A program made the position numbers and the translations under genes. The notes beneath the pieces are model-generated. The model did no database searches, was not told where the DNA came from, and saw only the letters and a program-made list of their open reading frames with translations. A DNA stretch of 64,000 nucleotides, from NCBI GenBank assembly GCA_030704615.1, contig CM060732.1, positions 71,920,001 to 71,984,000 on the forward strand, read 5' to 3'. This document shows positions 13,513 to 25,795 of this stretch, piece after piece (within the stretch, counting starts at the first letter, position 1; the number at the start of each line of letters is the position of its first letter). The stretch comes from Takakia lepidozioides (Eukaryota > Plantae > Bryophyta).

Positions 13513-14585
13513 TGTCGCGCGGCTTTTACTCACCCATCCCTTCGCTATCCGAGGCGGAAACTCCAAGATAGAAGAGTTGGAAATCTCTAAGTACTCAGAG
13601 CCCGCGCAGAACAATCAGTCATGACCTACAGCTAGTGTATCATGGGGGTGTTTCCTATGCGTTTCCCTTTTCGCATTCATCTTAGCTACCTTTGGCATCG
13701 ATAATTAAGTATCAGTTTGCTTCATCAATCTATCGGTTTCCTTCACTCATCCATTCAATCCACAGCTTCTCTCAGATCTCTCTACACAGTGTGATTGTAT
13801 CGTATAAGTATCAGATTATGATTTATCAGGTATCAGGCCGAAGCCATTATGTCTCTAATCTGCTCTCCAATATCACTACAGCTTTGCATATAACAAGCAT
13901 CTACTAATCCTCTTTTCTCCTTCATCGTGCTCTCCATCTCTTGCCTCCGATCTCCGCTCCTGCCTGACTCCGAAGTCCCCCTCCGAATAATGATCCTCTT
14001 CCGAATAATGATCCCCCTTCATTCCCCGTTTCTCCCTTTATCCTCCTATCCGCGGTTCTAACCGTTTCCCTCTCTAACCGTCGTCTGTGAACTAACATGT
14101 TCCCTTCACAGGTGTTGTTCCCCACAGTCGTTCCCTGTCCTACTCTTCGTTCCCTATTATCGTGACAGCTGTGTCAAGCGGTGACTGGCTGTGTTTGGCT
14201 GTGTCGGGCTGTGACTGGCTGTGTGGCTGTGCCGGGCTGTGACTGGCTGTGTGGGCTGTGTCTGCTGTGACGACTGTGACGGGCTGTGTGGGCTGTGTCT
14301 GCTGTGACGGACTGTGTTGGCTGTGTGGGCTGTGACGACTGTGACGGACTGTGTTGGCTGTGTGGGCTGTGACGACTGTGACGGACTGTGTTGGCTGTGT
14401 GGGCTGTGACGACTGTGACGGACTGTGTTGGCTGTGTGGGCTGTGTCGGCTGTGACGACTGTGTAACCCCCCTCTACAGTGCGCTGCTGTCACCCCTAAG
14501 GCTCCTGTTGGTCTCAGTCTATGCAAAATTAAGGGTACCCTACAGATCCCGTATAAGTGTCTAAGTCCCCTACAGTCCTCTAACA
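13513..14585 (-). repeat. 3' LTR of the Gypsy element
   Basis: Begins TG immediately after the PPT and plausibly ends ...GCGCGACA at 13513. The distal end is uncertain because no second LTR is available. Confidence 0.6.
14163..14462 (+). repeat. GGCTGTG/GACTGTG minisatellite within the LTR
   Basis: Repeated 37-bp unit GACGGACTGTGTTGGCTGTGTGGGCTGTGACGACTGT. Confidence 0.9.
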
Positions 14586-14616
14586 TTACCCCTTCCCCCC
14601 TCAAAAAGTCGTGTCC

Positions 14617-16098
14617 TCACGGTTTACTGTTTCCGAGTAGCAAACCTTTGTGAGTGAGCACCTTGTTGACGTTGAGAGTTTCGTGGTGGGCTGTACGAGC
14701 CCGAGGTCTGTCTCTGGTTGATGGAGATGGTTGATCACTACCTGGATAAGTGAGGCCTTCTGGAGGCTGATATCGAGGTAATCTTTCCGGCATAGGAGAT
14801 CCCCTTTGTTTCTTCTCTTCCATCTGAATTGCATAGTCTTCTCCCATGTCAAAAGAATTGTGTGAAGAAACAGTTGTATCAGAATCCTCATCTCCTCTCA
14901 GGTGTTTTAATTTTCGAACTTTTTGTGGAATCATCTGGGGCATACAATGATGTCCTACCATGTCTGGAAGTTTGTATTTTCCAACTTGGTGTAACCGCTG
15001 AACAGCAAAGTTGGTGTAGGCACTGAGCTCCTTGTCTGTCCAGATGAGTGGGGTACCAATTACTGGTGCAGCGTGCAAGTACTTCCATGCCACATGTCCC
15101 TTATAGAAAATGTCATCAAGTCCGAATTTCTGTGTTGACAATTGGTTGCAGGCTGCTTGAAACCATGAACGAATTTGAGAATCCTTCTGCATCATAACTT
15201 TTGGGTCATATAGGTACATATGAGGTGGCACCGAAGGTAATACCCAATGATCTCCACTGGAGTAACTTTGAAAGCGTGTTTGCATCTTTTGTTGCTCAAT
15301 GTGGTAACGTACCAGAAAACAAGCAGCGTAGTATAGCCCGCACCCCATGACAATACTTGCTATCTCCTTGGTCTTGGTATAAATGAGTCCATGTACAACC
15401 TGGAAAGCAACCAATTCCCTCAACATGGTACCTGCCTCGTGCCAGTATTGTGCAAAGTGATGATCTTCAATATGTCGATTGTTTGGAAGAACTTTAGTCC
15501 TAGTTGCCACTGGCAGCCAAATACGCATGATTTGGTAGTAATGTGCGAATGACTGCGGAGGACTAAATTCTTTCCAAGCCAAATCCAACATGATGGGAAT
15601 TTGGTTGAAGGGCATAAGCATAGCCCTGCTGTACTCCCTTGCAGCTGGAGTTTTAGGTGGGTTAAAAGCGGCATTGCCCCATACCTCCGGCTGTGGTGGC
15701 TGTGGTGTGGTTGTAGTAACCACAGGTTCAGCTACTGGTACACTGACCTGTTGTGGTGGTGGTGGTACTGGCTCCTGTATCATTGGCATCTCCTGCACCT
15801 CCTGTGAAGACTGAAAAGCCAGAGTTCTGGCTTGCAAATAAGAAGCCATTAGCTGTTCTTGAGGGATATAGACTCTTTGGTCGATGTTTGAAGTGAGGTC
15901 TTCCACTTGAGTCTGGAGTCCGTCTACATCCTCTTGTAACTCTGCTATCCTACTATAGACATTGTCTATAGTAGTTGTGGCAATGTTCTGCACCTGCAGT
16001 CTGAGCTCATTCATCTCGCTTTGGGTGAGCTTCCGTGGGCTTTTGCCCTCTACTGGCCCTTGTGCTAACCAGACCTGCATAAGGCTGTTATCCACCAA
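14617..16098 (-). CDS. Additional Gypsy 3' ORF of unknown function (coiled coil, Pro-rich linker, globular domain)
   Basis: 493-aa open frame ending next to the PPT and overlapping the end of the long pol frame. Confidence 0.6.
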   Translation of the reverse strand: MVDNSLMQVWLAQGPVEGKSPRKLTQSEMNELRLQVQNIATTTIDNVYSRIAELQEDVDGLQTQVEDLTSNIDQRVYIPQEQLMASYLQARTLAFQSSQEVQEMPMIQEPVPPPPQQVSVPVAEPVVTTTTPQPPQPEVWGNAAFNPPKTPAAREYSRAMLMPFNQIPIMLDLAWKEFSPPQSFAHYYQIMRIWLPVATRTKVLPNNRHIEDHHFAQYWHEAGTMLRELVAFQVVHGLIYTKTKEIASIVMGCGLYYAACFLVRYHIEQQKMQTRFQSYSSGDHWVLPSVPPHMYLYDPKVMMQKDSQIRSWFQAACNQLSTQKFGLDDIFYKGHVAWKYLHAAPVIGTPLIWTDKELSAYTNFAVQRLHQVGKYKLPDMVGHHCMPQMIPQKVRKLKHLRGDEDSDTTVSSHNSFDMGEDYAIQMEEKKQRGSPMPERLPRYQPPEGLTYPGSDQPSPSTRDRPRARTAHHETLNVNKVLTHKGLLLGNSKP

Positions 16099-19000
16099 GC
16101 TGCTTGTGGTTCCCCTGAGAGTTTGCTCTCTCTTAGCTTGTACAATTCCAACTGCTGTTGTAAAGCCTCCATGCGCTTCGCCTGTGGCTCAACCAATTGC
16201 GCATAGGCAGCAAGTAGATTATTGGCTTCCTTCGAAGCCTTGTTACTGACCGCGATTTCATTTCTATTGGCCACGATGGTTTGTTGCAACTCCACGATGT
16301 GTTTCTCTTGATCAGCTTCCCTCTGCCTGTATTGCTTGAAAGTATCTTCATGGCGACAGATTGTATTCTTCATATCGACAATGAGCTTCATTTGCTCAAC
16401 ATTCTCTTCTTCTGCCTTCGTACATTTTTCCGCTTGACTGTTTATTTCTTTTGTTGATTGGTCAAGCATAGTTGTAAATGTAGCACATTGTATCGCCATC
16501 CTGTTATGCACTGTCTGCAACTCCGTATGTAGTGCATTCAGTTCTTGCAACTTGCTTTCATGCTGCACCTGCATTTGGTATAGCTGTTGCTTATGTGCTT
16601 CGTGCAACTGGTCTTGCGCGAGGTTTGCCTCAATCAATTGTTGCTTGGCCAACTGCAAAGCCATTTCTGTATTGCCCAAGTCCTGCTTCATCTTGAGAGT
16701 GACCTCTTCATCGACCTTGTTTGCACACTCAGTGGCAAGTCGAGCCTCAAACTCCTTCCTGAGTTCCTCTTTCAAGGCTGTCAATTGGGTAATTGGAACA
16801 TGGGATTTGACATAAGTCCCCAACAAATTAAGTGTCCTGCCTATGGAACTCATCAGCATTGCCTGTTGAGGGTCATCATGGTGAGGTTGCTGCTGTTCCT
16901 CCCGATCTTCAACAGTATGATGTCTCACTAACCATTCAGGCCATTGTCCCACCGGATTTTCTTCCTGAACTACTTCATCTATGACTGGTGTTACAGTGTC
17001 ATGACCTTCCGCCTGTGGTACCTCCAACACAGGTGTGTGCATTATATGCACCTCAGGATTTCCCTTGGGCAACTGTTGCACCTCTGGGATTTCTGTCTCC
17101 TTGACCAGACCAGAATATTCATAGAGAAGGTCCCCTTTCTCTATTTCTGCCACTATCTGCTCTGTAGTTGGAATCTCTATCCCTTCACTTTCCAAATCAA
17201 TTATTTCGGGTTGAGCTGCATGGATAACTTGTGACCTTGTGACAAGTCGTTCAAGTGGCTGTGTTGGCTGTGATGCAGAAGTAACTTCCTCCTCCCTCTC
17301 TGAAGGTCCTGCTTCCAGTAATAACATTCTTTTGTGCTGCTGTGCCCCTTCCTGGTCATGAGCTTGGGAAACATTATCATGCGGAATCCGTGAAGCCAGT
17401 GGATCCGCCACTACAGTCTTTCCCCTTCTCTGCCTCTTAGTCTCGGGTTGTGCTGCTAGTCCACCCTCACTGTGTGAAGAGCCTTGCTCTTCCATTGCAG
17501 TTGTTTCTGGCTCAAACACTCCCATTTCCTTCCTTTCTTGTGCATTAAGTATGCCAGAATTAAGGATTATTTGAGCAATGATTGGGCCAGACACTATGAT
17601 AGGAGACTTTGCGGTAGTACCTTGTAATCTTTTCATCTCCTCTACTAGTGCGTTGTACATAATGTCCGCCCATTGTACCTCTTGTCCCTTCAGGCTTTTG
17701 AGTATTTCCTCTGTGAAGGATCTGCTCAAATATTGTTGGTTCTGTTTCAGGGCAAACAGAACGTTCAATACCTGGCCTATCTCTTTTAACCCTGGGTACA
17801 CAGCTTTGGTACAAGCATAACCCTGAGTTTTAAAGAAACTCCCTTCTTGGAATAAGTCCCCTATTTGCAGTCTTGCCCTGTGTTCCCCCACATGCACCTG
17901 ACCTGCTGGCAATTGAAACAATTGCTGGAGGTATAGGGGAGTAATCATTAATTCAACTCCCTTCACCGTTGTTGTTCCTGTCCTTGGCTCAAAGTTCTGC
18001 AAAAATTGTAACATGTACTGTCTATGGTGTAGTGTCCAATCTAGACTTTGCAATCCTTCCAATCTCAGCTCCTCCAGTATCTTTATCGCCTGTGGGGTAG
18101 CCATCGTTTGTTTCTGCAGAATTGTGGTGCTCTTCACCCTGATTTCCTCCATTCCTCTCACTCTCTTCATCTTAGACTCACAGAACTGCTTTGGCTGTAA
18201 CAACTGCAGGAATGCCTGTAGTGCACAAAGCAGAAACGTATGGTTGCCGCAGAAAGCTATGGGTAATCTCTTGTAAGCCTGCGGGGCTTGCAAGCATTGC
18301 TCAAGAGAAAAGCTCTGCTCTGTCGTTTCGTGTCTATGCCACTGCGTAAGTAATATTGCGAGCGTATAGTCTGTTAGTTCCTCCATAGTTTCCAAGTTAT
18401 AGCATTTATGGCCTGTCCTGTCGAGACGCCCGTTACTCAGAACGACGCCGCCTCTTGCGCTCAATTTCCCTCCATTTTCTTGATCATTTCTCTGGTTTTC
18501 TATTGGCTGTATCTGCTGTGACTGGATTTTAACTTTTATCTTCTTTAGTGGACTTTCCCTGTTGGATAGTCCACTAGGATCACACATGCGACATGAATTC
18601 GGCTTTTCTGTACTTGCCGTTCGTTCCGTTTCCCTTTTTCCGTATTCATTAATGGGCCCGCCTTTCATCCCATTTGACGGCCGTTCTTTTCCTCTTTCTT
18701 TTTGACACCTGTCCTTGCACTTCATTCTCTGCTGTGTGTCGCACCCTGACCTCCACGTGTCTATTTTTAAAGTAATTTCCGTTTCCTCTTCCGTCATCCA
18801 TTTTCCTGAAGTTTTTATGTGTCCACTTGTCACTGATTCTATGGATCGTGTAACTTTAGTAGGCTGTGTTGAGCTGTGACAGGCTGTGTCATACTGTGTT
18901 ACCCTGTGATAGGCTGTGATGCACTGTGGTAAGCTGTGATAGGCTGTGACACGCTGTGGTATGTTGTTATAGGCTGTGTTGCGTCGTGATGGGCTGTGAT

Positions 19001-21480
19001 AGGCTGTGTCACGTCGTGATGGGCTGTGATAAGCTGTGTTGCGCCTTGGCGGGCTGTGATAGGCTGTGTCACGTTTGTTTTGCCCACCCTGGTCGTATAT
19101 GCTGGGCCTAGCAACTAGTGTTTCATACTCCGTTCGTAACACTGGTGCAGCCCGTGACTGCTCTTGCGGTTCAACATGCAAATCATGCTGCAGGGGTTTG
19201 TCATGGATACCACTGTACCCCTTCAACTTATTTGCATTCACTCTTCCCAGCATTTCTTTGTTAATGGTTTGTAACATGGCGGTGTTGTTATCATACATCT
19301 TTTGTATGACATAAGGTCCTTTCCACGGTGATTTGAGCTTAGAAGCTTGAATCTTTCCTTTCTTCTGCAACCATAGAACCAAATCCCCCGTCTTAAAAGT
19401 CTTTAACTTGCCTTCATCAAACTGTTCCTTTCGCTTCATCTGAATTCTGGTCATATTATCAGCTGCATCAGCACGTACTTCTTCCACATGGTATAATTCA
19501 TGTTTCCTGACCTTGATGGAGTCTTGCAATTCCATTCTTTTTCCCCACTCCGTTCTCATGGTAGGTAACAGGAATTCCACTGGAAGTAAGGCTTCCATAC
19601 CATAAACTAATTGGAATGGTGTATACTTAGTGGTGACTTTATATGAAGTCCTGTATGACCACAAAGCTGTCAGCAGCTTTGTATCCCAATCCGTTCTGTT
19701 TGCATTGACTATCTTAGCCAAGATAGTACATAGTATTTTGTTGGTAGCCTCTGCCTGCCCATTACCCTGTGGGTAATATGTTGTACTCTTTCTATGCACA
19801 ATCATAAACTCTTTAGTCAATAACTCAATGGTCTCATTCATGAAGTGACTTCCTTGATCACTGATAAATTCTAAGGGACATCCAAATCGTGTAAGTATGT
19901 TCTCGTACAGGAACCTTGTTGTGGACTTGGCTGTGTTGTCCCTCAAAGCTTTAGCTTCCACCCACTTTGTAGTATAATCAGTGGCTGTAATTATGTACCT
20001 GTTTCGTGTATTCTTGGATGGTGGATTAATTGGTCCAACAAAGTTTAGTCCCCATTTCTGAAATGGTTCCGTAGGCATTGTAGGATGCAAGGCCATTCTT
20101 CCAGATCTCTGCAAAGGTCTTAGCCTCTGACATTCATCACACTTCTGACAATACTCATGTACATCTTTGAACAAAGTAGGCCACCAGTATCCTGCGAGTA
20201 GTATCTTTCTACTGGTAGTCTCTTCTCCAAAATGACCTCCAGCCACTCCTTTATGAACTTCCTCCAAGACTTTATTTACTTCATGGTGGTACAAGCATCG
20301 TTTTAGTACTCCATCAGGTCCTAACTTATACATTCTGCTTCCTACCATAGTATAAGGTAAAGCTCTGATAGCAATTCTCTTCCTCTGCTCCTTACCATAA
20401 CTAGGTGGGCACTGACCATGAGCAAGGTAGTATCTGATTGGCCACTGCCAATCTAACCATTCATCTGCACTTCCTTGCACCTCCATTACAAATAAACTCG
20501 CATCAGGTAACTGATCGTCCACTCCTGTGGCGGCCTCTCCTGTTGTTAGTCGTGACAAATGATCTGCCACAAGATGCAAACGGCCAGGCTTGTAAATAAC
20601 CTCGAACTCAAACTCATGCAAGATTATTAACCACCTCGCTATCCTTCCACTTATCAAAGGTTTGTTCACCAGATATATCAGAGCCTGGTGATCCACATAA
20701 AACATAAACTTTCTTCCCAATAGGTAATGCCTGAATTTCTTGACTGCATAAATCATTGCCAATGCTTCTCTTTCCGTTGTACTATAGTTCCTCTCAGCAC
20801 TGTTCATCAATTGGCTAGCATAGTACACAGGTGAATCTATATTCCCTGTAACATTCTGGGCTAACACCGCACCCAACGCTTCTCCTGATGCATCGCAGTG
20901 AACATGAAATACTACATGCCAGTGAGGGTTAATCAGCACAGGTGTAGTTGTTACTGACAGTGTAAGTTCCTCAAACGCCTGTTGACATTCAGCTGTCCAG
21001 GCAAACACTGCATCTTTCTTCAGAAGCTTGCTCAATGGTGCTGCTATTTGTGCATACCTTTTGACAAATCTTCTGTAATAACTGGTTTGCCCAAGGAATC
21101 TCCTTAAACTCTTAACATTCACTGGTGGTGGAGAGACTTTAATGGACTCTGTCTTCCTGGGATCCACAAGAAGTCCCTTCTTACACACAATGTGTCCCAG
21201 AAGCACCCCTGAGTTCACACAGAAAGTACACTTCTCTGGATTCAAGCCCAGACCTCTCATCCTGCATCTGGCCAGGCATAACTCCAATTTATGCAAGTGC
21301 TCATTCTTAGAGCTGTACACACTGAAATCATCCAAAAACACCTGCATGAAATCATCCAGATACTCATGAAAAGATTCACTTATCACTCTCTGAAAGGTCG
21401 CTGGTGCATTACAAAGTCCAAAGGGCATGACTTTGTATGGATAAGCCCCCCAGTCTATGATGAAAGCTGTTTTCTCTTGC
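16065..21480 (-). CDS. Gypsy pol remnant (partial RT, RNase H, integrase) running in frame into a ~1000-aa extension
   Basis: MPFGLCNAPATFQR, FLDDF, HCDAS, YSTTEREALA, HHCC zinc finger, WGLNFVGP (first catalytic Asp is Asn), SDQGSHF, GQAEATN, WKGPYVI; no stop until 16065. Confidence 0.85.
18860..19075 (+). repeat. 30-bp in-frame tandem repeat (TAYHSPSRRD-like units)
   Basis: Units like GGGCTGTGATAGGCTGTGTCACGTCGTGAT; same GGCTGTG core as the LTR minisatellite. Confidence 0.85.
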
Positions 21481-24400
21481 CCTTTGGAAGAACTTCTGGC
21501 ACAGCCTGGCCATCCGGGATGTCGAGAATGACAATGTCGGCCGCATAAGTTTTCTGCACACCGCACACGAAGGTGGGACCTGTGCTCACCTGCAACAGAC
21601 ATGTTTTTTATAAGAACGATGGCAAGAATGTTTTCAAAGAACGAGACTGAAATACTGCCAACGAAACATTCAGAGAAAAAGGAAGAAACTGGAATTCTCA
21701 CCAGATTGAGGAATGAGATTATATTGTCCCAGGTAGGGGATGGCACCCCAGTGTATCCTCTCTTTCGACTCTGCATCATCGAAAGCCAACCCTCATTAAC
21801 AATTTTCATCTCTCCTGCTGAATCAGAACGGGAAGGGTGTGGCTTGGCATCGAACACGCACTGAAGAGTGCGGGTATATCTTCCAGCACTAAAGTCCTGC
21901 CCACTCTCCATCTCCTTTTCATTCTCCTTCCCCTTGTCCTTTTCCTTCTCTTTGGACTTGTCTTTGTCCTTTGGCTTTGCTGGTGAGATGGCTATGACAT
22001 CAACAGCCTTGTCTTTTGGTTTGCGGCCCGCCTTCTTTCCCTTCTGCGGCGTTCCCTGAGCATCAGGCTCCTTGGCAGCCAAGGTTGCTATGTTTCGTTG
22101 ATACTCTTCGTCAGTCAAAGGCGCCAGCATCTCAGCGTTATTGTTCAAGTATTTCATATGCTGTTCTTGAAAGGTCGTGTGCTCAGGTGGGCAGTCAAGG
22201 TACCACCCACAGTCTCTGAAGTGAGAAGGACTCCAGTCCTTCAATATCCCTGCAGTATACATGGTTGGATCGTTTGCAGGGTCCGACCACATGTCAAGAT
22301 AGTCGGGAATTCCGCTCAGGTGATTTCCTTCCATAAGCACATATTTCGTGTACCTGAAAAAGGAGATGAATCCCAACCCACAAAAGCGCTCAGTGAGTAA
22401 GATGCAAGTAGAACAGAAAGAATAAAACATGGATTGAAATGGCTCTGACAACTGCTCCAAGGACCTTTCAGGACCACACTACTGCTCCAGATATGAATGT
22501 CGTCAACGCCATTCAGAACATTCCATTCCATGACACTGTAAATACATCCTAATCCAGGTAAATGCAAATAAGCGATTAGAAATGACACAGACATAGAAGT
22601 GAATGTCGTCAACGACATTCAAGAATGAAGCCAAATTATTACTGAAATGAAGCAAAATCACAGGATGGAAATAAAAAAATTGAGTAAGGAACCATCCAGG
22701 AAAACTCAATGCACATTCATAACGAACCTATCACTGAGGACCTCACAACATCACTGTATGTGAATGGCGTCAACGCCATTCACAAAAATACAAAAAAGAA
22801 ACCAATTAATTAGCTCCCCAATCCATGAAAATTGAATTTGTCGCTTTTGAATAATACAGACACAGCTGTGAATGTCGTCAACGACATTCACTTTGGATTT
22901 CTTAAAACAGAGCTTATCAAGCCTCCATATTCATCGCAAGCGGAAAAAACAATGCAGAACAACTGAATGTCTGCATTGATATTCAGCAAAATGAAGTGAT
23001 CAACCCTCATTGTAACCTCTATGGACATTACAAAAATTTAAATAACCTTGAGGACCACACAACAACTCCGTATGTGAATGTCGTCAACGCCATTCAAGGA
23101 CATTATCAATTCTAATCAGGGACAATATAATTGCACCCTTAGATCCTAACCAGGTGAATTCATATACTCGCTTAAGAATGACTCAGACAAAGAAGTGAAT
23201 GTCGTCAACGACATTCAATCTGGATCTAAGATTGCAATCCATATGAAGCCACAATTTTTCCCAAAAAAACAGTAGAGTTTCAAGTATGACATTTCACCTG
23301 TACACAACTCGCATCATGGCCCACTCTCCTCCAACCTGACTGTCAAAGTCGTTGGACCGTAAAATGTTACCATCTTTGGAGAACTCCCGGAAAAAACAGT
23401 ATCTCCAGGTGAGACCTCTCCACTTCCTTATGTATGCCTCCAATGACATTTGGGGAGGGGAAACAATCGCAATGTTCAGGTCCTTCAAAGTCTGATCCAG
23501 CACAATGACGGCGCGCTTTTCGAGCTGCAAATAGTATATTTGTCAGAATTGCAAAAAAGAAACACATCACATACTTGAAGAGAAGAAACAGCATGTTCGA
23601 ATACACACCTGACTCCAAAATGTAGCCTTGTGGAGCCAGTTATCAAACACCAAATCACTGATTCCTTCCACCTTTGTGCCAGGCTGTATGGTGCTCTTTG
23701 GGAACTGATTCAAGTCCTTTACTGTTTGATCTGAGTTCCATATCTCCAGCCACCTTATTTTTGTTTGTGGGTCGACCATCGATATGGCCAGCCGGTGCAA
23801 TTTCTCCTGCTGCATCTCCGGATGCACATGCTTGTCATAGTGTGTTTTGATCTGCTGAAGGAACTCAGGACCAAGTCCAAGATCTACTATTCTAAGCTGC
23901 TTTCCGAAGGCTGACATCAATTTGGTTCTTCGCATCTCAAACTCCTTCTTTATTGCAGCTTCCACACCCTTTGATGTCCTTAGTTCCTCTGGTGTAGTGC
24001 GGTAATATTCGGATTTTCCCTTCTCAGCTGCCTCTGCCAGTTCTTGCTGCATTCATTCAAGTAGTGATTAGCTCCGAAGGGACTCTAAACATGTATTCGA
24101 AAAGTAAACAGATTACAGACTCGGGCTTACCGCATACATGTACTCCAGAAACGCCTCTCGTGTCAAAGAATACCAAGTGCCTGCAGCTCTTCCTGTTTCG
24201 CACTTCTTGATGATATTGGGTGGTAGTACTGTCCGAAAATCATCCAGCTTCATCAGACCAATCCTCTGAATTCGGAATAGTGTGTGAACCAAGCTTGTTG
24301 TCACATGCGATTTCTCTGTCGATCTGCAAAAACATTGAAAACATTGCATTCCTTAACACTGTTTTTTGAGGATCAACAAGACACTACAGAGGGAATCAAA

Positions 24401-25795
24401 TCTCCTGGATGACTTACTTGTTCACGTCGTGCATAGCTGTAAGAAGCCTAGCGATGTCGTTTCCTGGATCCAAAACCATTGCCTCCACAGCAACATGCTT
24501 GTCTTTGTCTTTCGAATGGTGTTTCTGAATGTATCCCATCCATGCCAGCAATCGGTGGTTGCCGTCCCAGACGTAGAACATGTGGTTGCAAAATTGCTGG
24601 GTGTTCTTTCCCATCATGAGGCCCAGCTCGAACTCCTCATTGGCATCTTTCCAGCACTCATCCCAGTTATCACTGATCTCTGGAGAAACTAATGTGCTTT
24701 TCCCATTTATATCCGTCAGTGACACATAAAAAACTTGTGCACCAAGTCTATATCCATGCACAAAATCACTCTCCAATTTTGTTATGTCATGGGAAAGAGG
24801 TGGACGCACAACAGGCATTGATATCATCCGGCACAGAGGTATGTCCAGACGCCCTCCAGATACGAGCATGTCCCTTATAACCTCCTGAGAGTTTACCTTC
24901 TGGAATGACATGAGTTCTTTCACCTTGTCAAGGTAGTGCACTTCGGATTCATCTGCTTCATCTGCTTCATCTGTATTCTCTGAGCTTTTTGCGGACTCGT
25001 CCCCATCTCCAGATCCTTTCCCCTCTGATCCTGTAGGCTTCGACCTCACAGTTTTCTGCACGATGCCATTCAGTTCTGACTAAGTGATTTGCAAATAGTG
25101 AATGGCGGTAACGACAATCACTCTGTATCAAGGAAACTCACCATGAATGGTGTGAAAGAATTCAGCACAATCTACACATGCAAAGCCGAGACTGCCGTAT
25201 TCAAAACAAAAGTGAGAGCGATAGCGAACGGCGTTAACGACAATCACAAAAGATAACAACCTGCCGGATCGGTGTTGTGTAATGACATATATGTGCAACT
25301 GATTGGCGGCAACGACATTCAGTGTAGTTTAGGGAGAATAGTAAGTGCAGACTCTCTCTTCAAACACATAGGTACAAAAATCTCATGAGCAGAATCGAAT
25401 GGCGTTAACGACGCTCGCGATTCAGTAGTTCCTGCTAAAGAATGGAAGAGGAAGGACTCCTTGAAAGGCAATCACACAGACTATATGATAAAACTTACTG
25501 GCACCTTCTTAGGTTTTGAAATTTGATCCCCTTCTGCAGCTTTCCTCTTCCCTCTCACATCTGCTGGAGTTTCTGTCTGCGCAAGGGTTTCTTGACCTTC
25601 TTCAGGTTCGGCGTTCCGCGTGCTTCCACCTTCTTCAGTGTCCCTGCGATTCATCTCTGCCTCCACAGGCTGGCGCACTCTTATCGCCGACTGTGTCGCA
25701 GCCGCTGCCTCAGTCTCCGTCTGCTCTTGTGAATCAGTCTCCGCGTTCACCTGCTGCCTTGGCCCTGTGTTCTCCAACAAACGACGCCTCGTCAT
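21481..25795 (-). CDS. Spliced ParB/Sulfiredoxin-like protein with start of a methyltransferase-like region, 3'-truncated; exons 25795-25499, ~25055-24418, 24323-24131, 24046-23609, 23524-23298, 22353-21702, 21589-~21481
   Basis: IPLCRMISMPVVRPPLSHDITKLESDF...FYVWDGNHRLLAW matches the ParB/Srx GxHRxxA signature; canonical GT-AG joins keep frame; last exon reads ADIVILDIPD before the junction with Gypsy RT. Confidence 0.7.
22494..23217. repeat. Array of 22-bp palindromes TGAATGKCGTCAACGMCATTCA in intron 22354-23297
   Basis: Copies at 22494, 22600, 22761, 22869, 23075, 23196 plus a degenerate one at 22964, separated by diverged spacers of roughly 70-140 bp. Confidence 0.92.
25099..25417. repeat. 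Degenerate copies of the same palindrome in intron 1 of the ParB-like gene
   Basis: 25099 TGAATGGCGGTAACGACAATCA, 25225 CGAACGGCGTTAACGACAATCA, 25300 TGATTGGCGGCAACGACATTCA, 25396 CGAATGGCGTTAACGACGCTCG. Confidence 0.75.

Larger units (their letters stand above)
13513..21480 (-). mobile_element. 5'-truncated Ty3/Gypsy LTR retrotransposon with extra 3' ORFs
   Basis: RT-RNaseH-integrase order; polypurine tract GAGGGGGGAAGGGGTAA (14586-14602) followed by TGTTAG LTR start; no gag, protease or 5' LTR. Confidence 0.9.

Noticed and set aside
16065-22460. Single 2131-aa protein
   Set aside because: Chimeric by chance: the first ~325 aa are intron and exon sequence of the ParB-like gene joined to Gypsy pol at a deletion junction.
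22494-23217. CRISPR array
   Set aside because: Lies in a spliceosomal intron, no cas genes, spacers long and unequal, and alternate spacers share homology, indicating tandem duplication.
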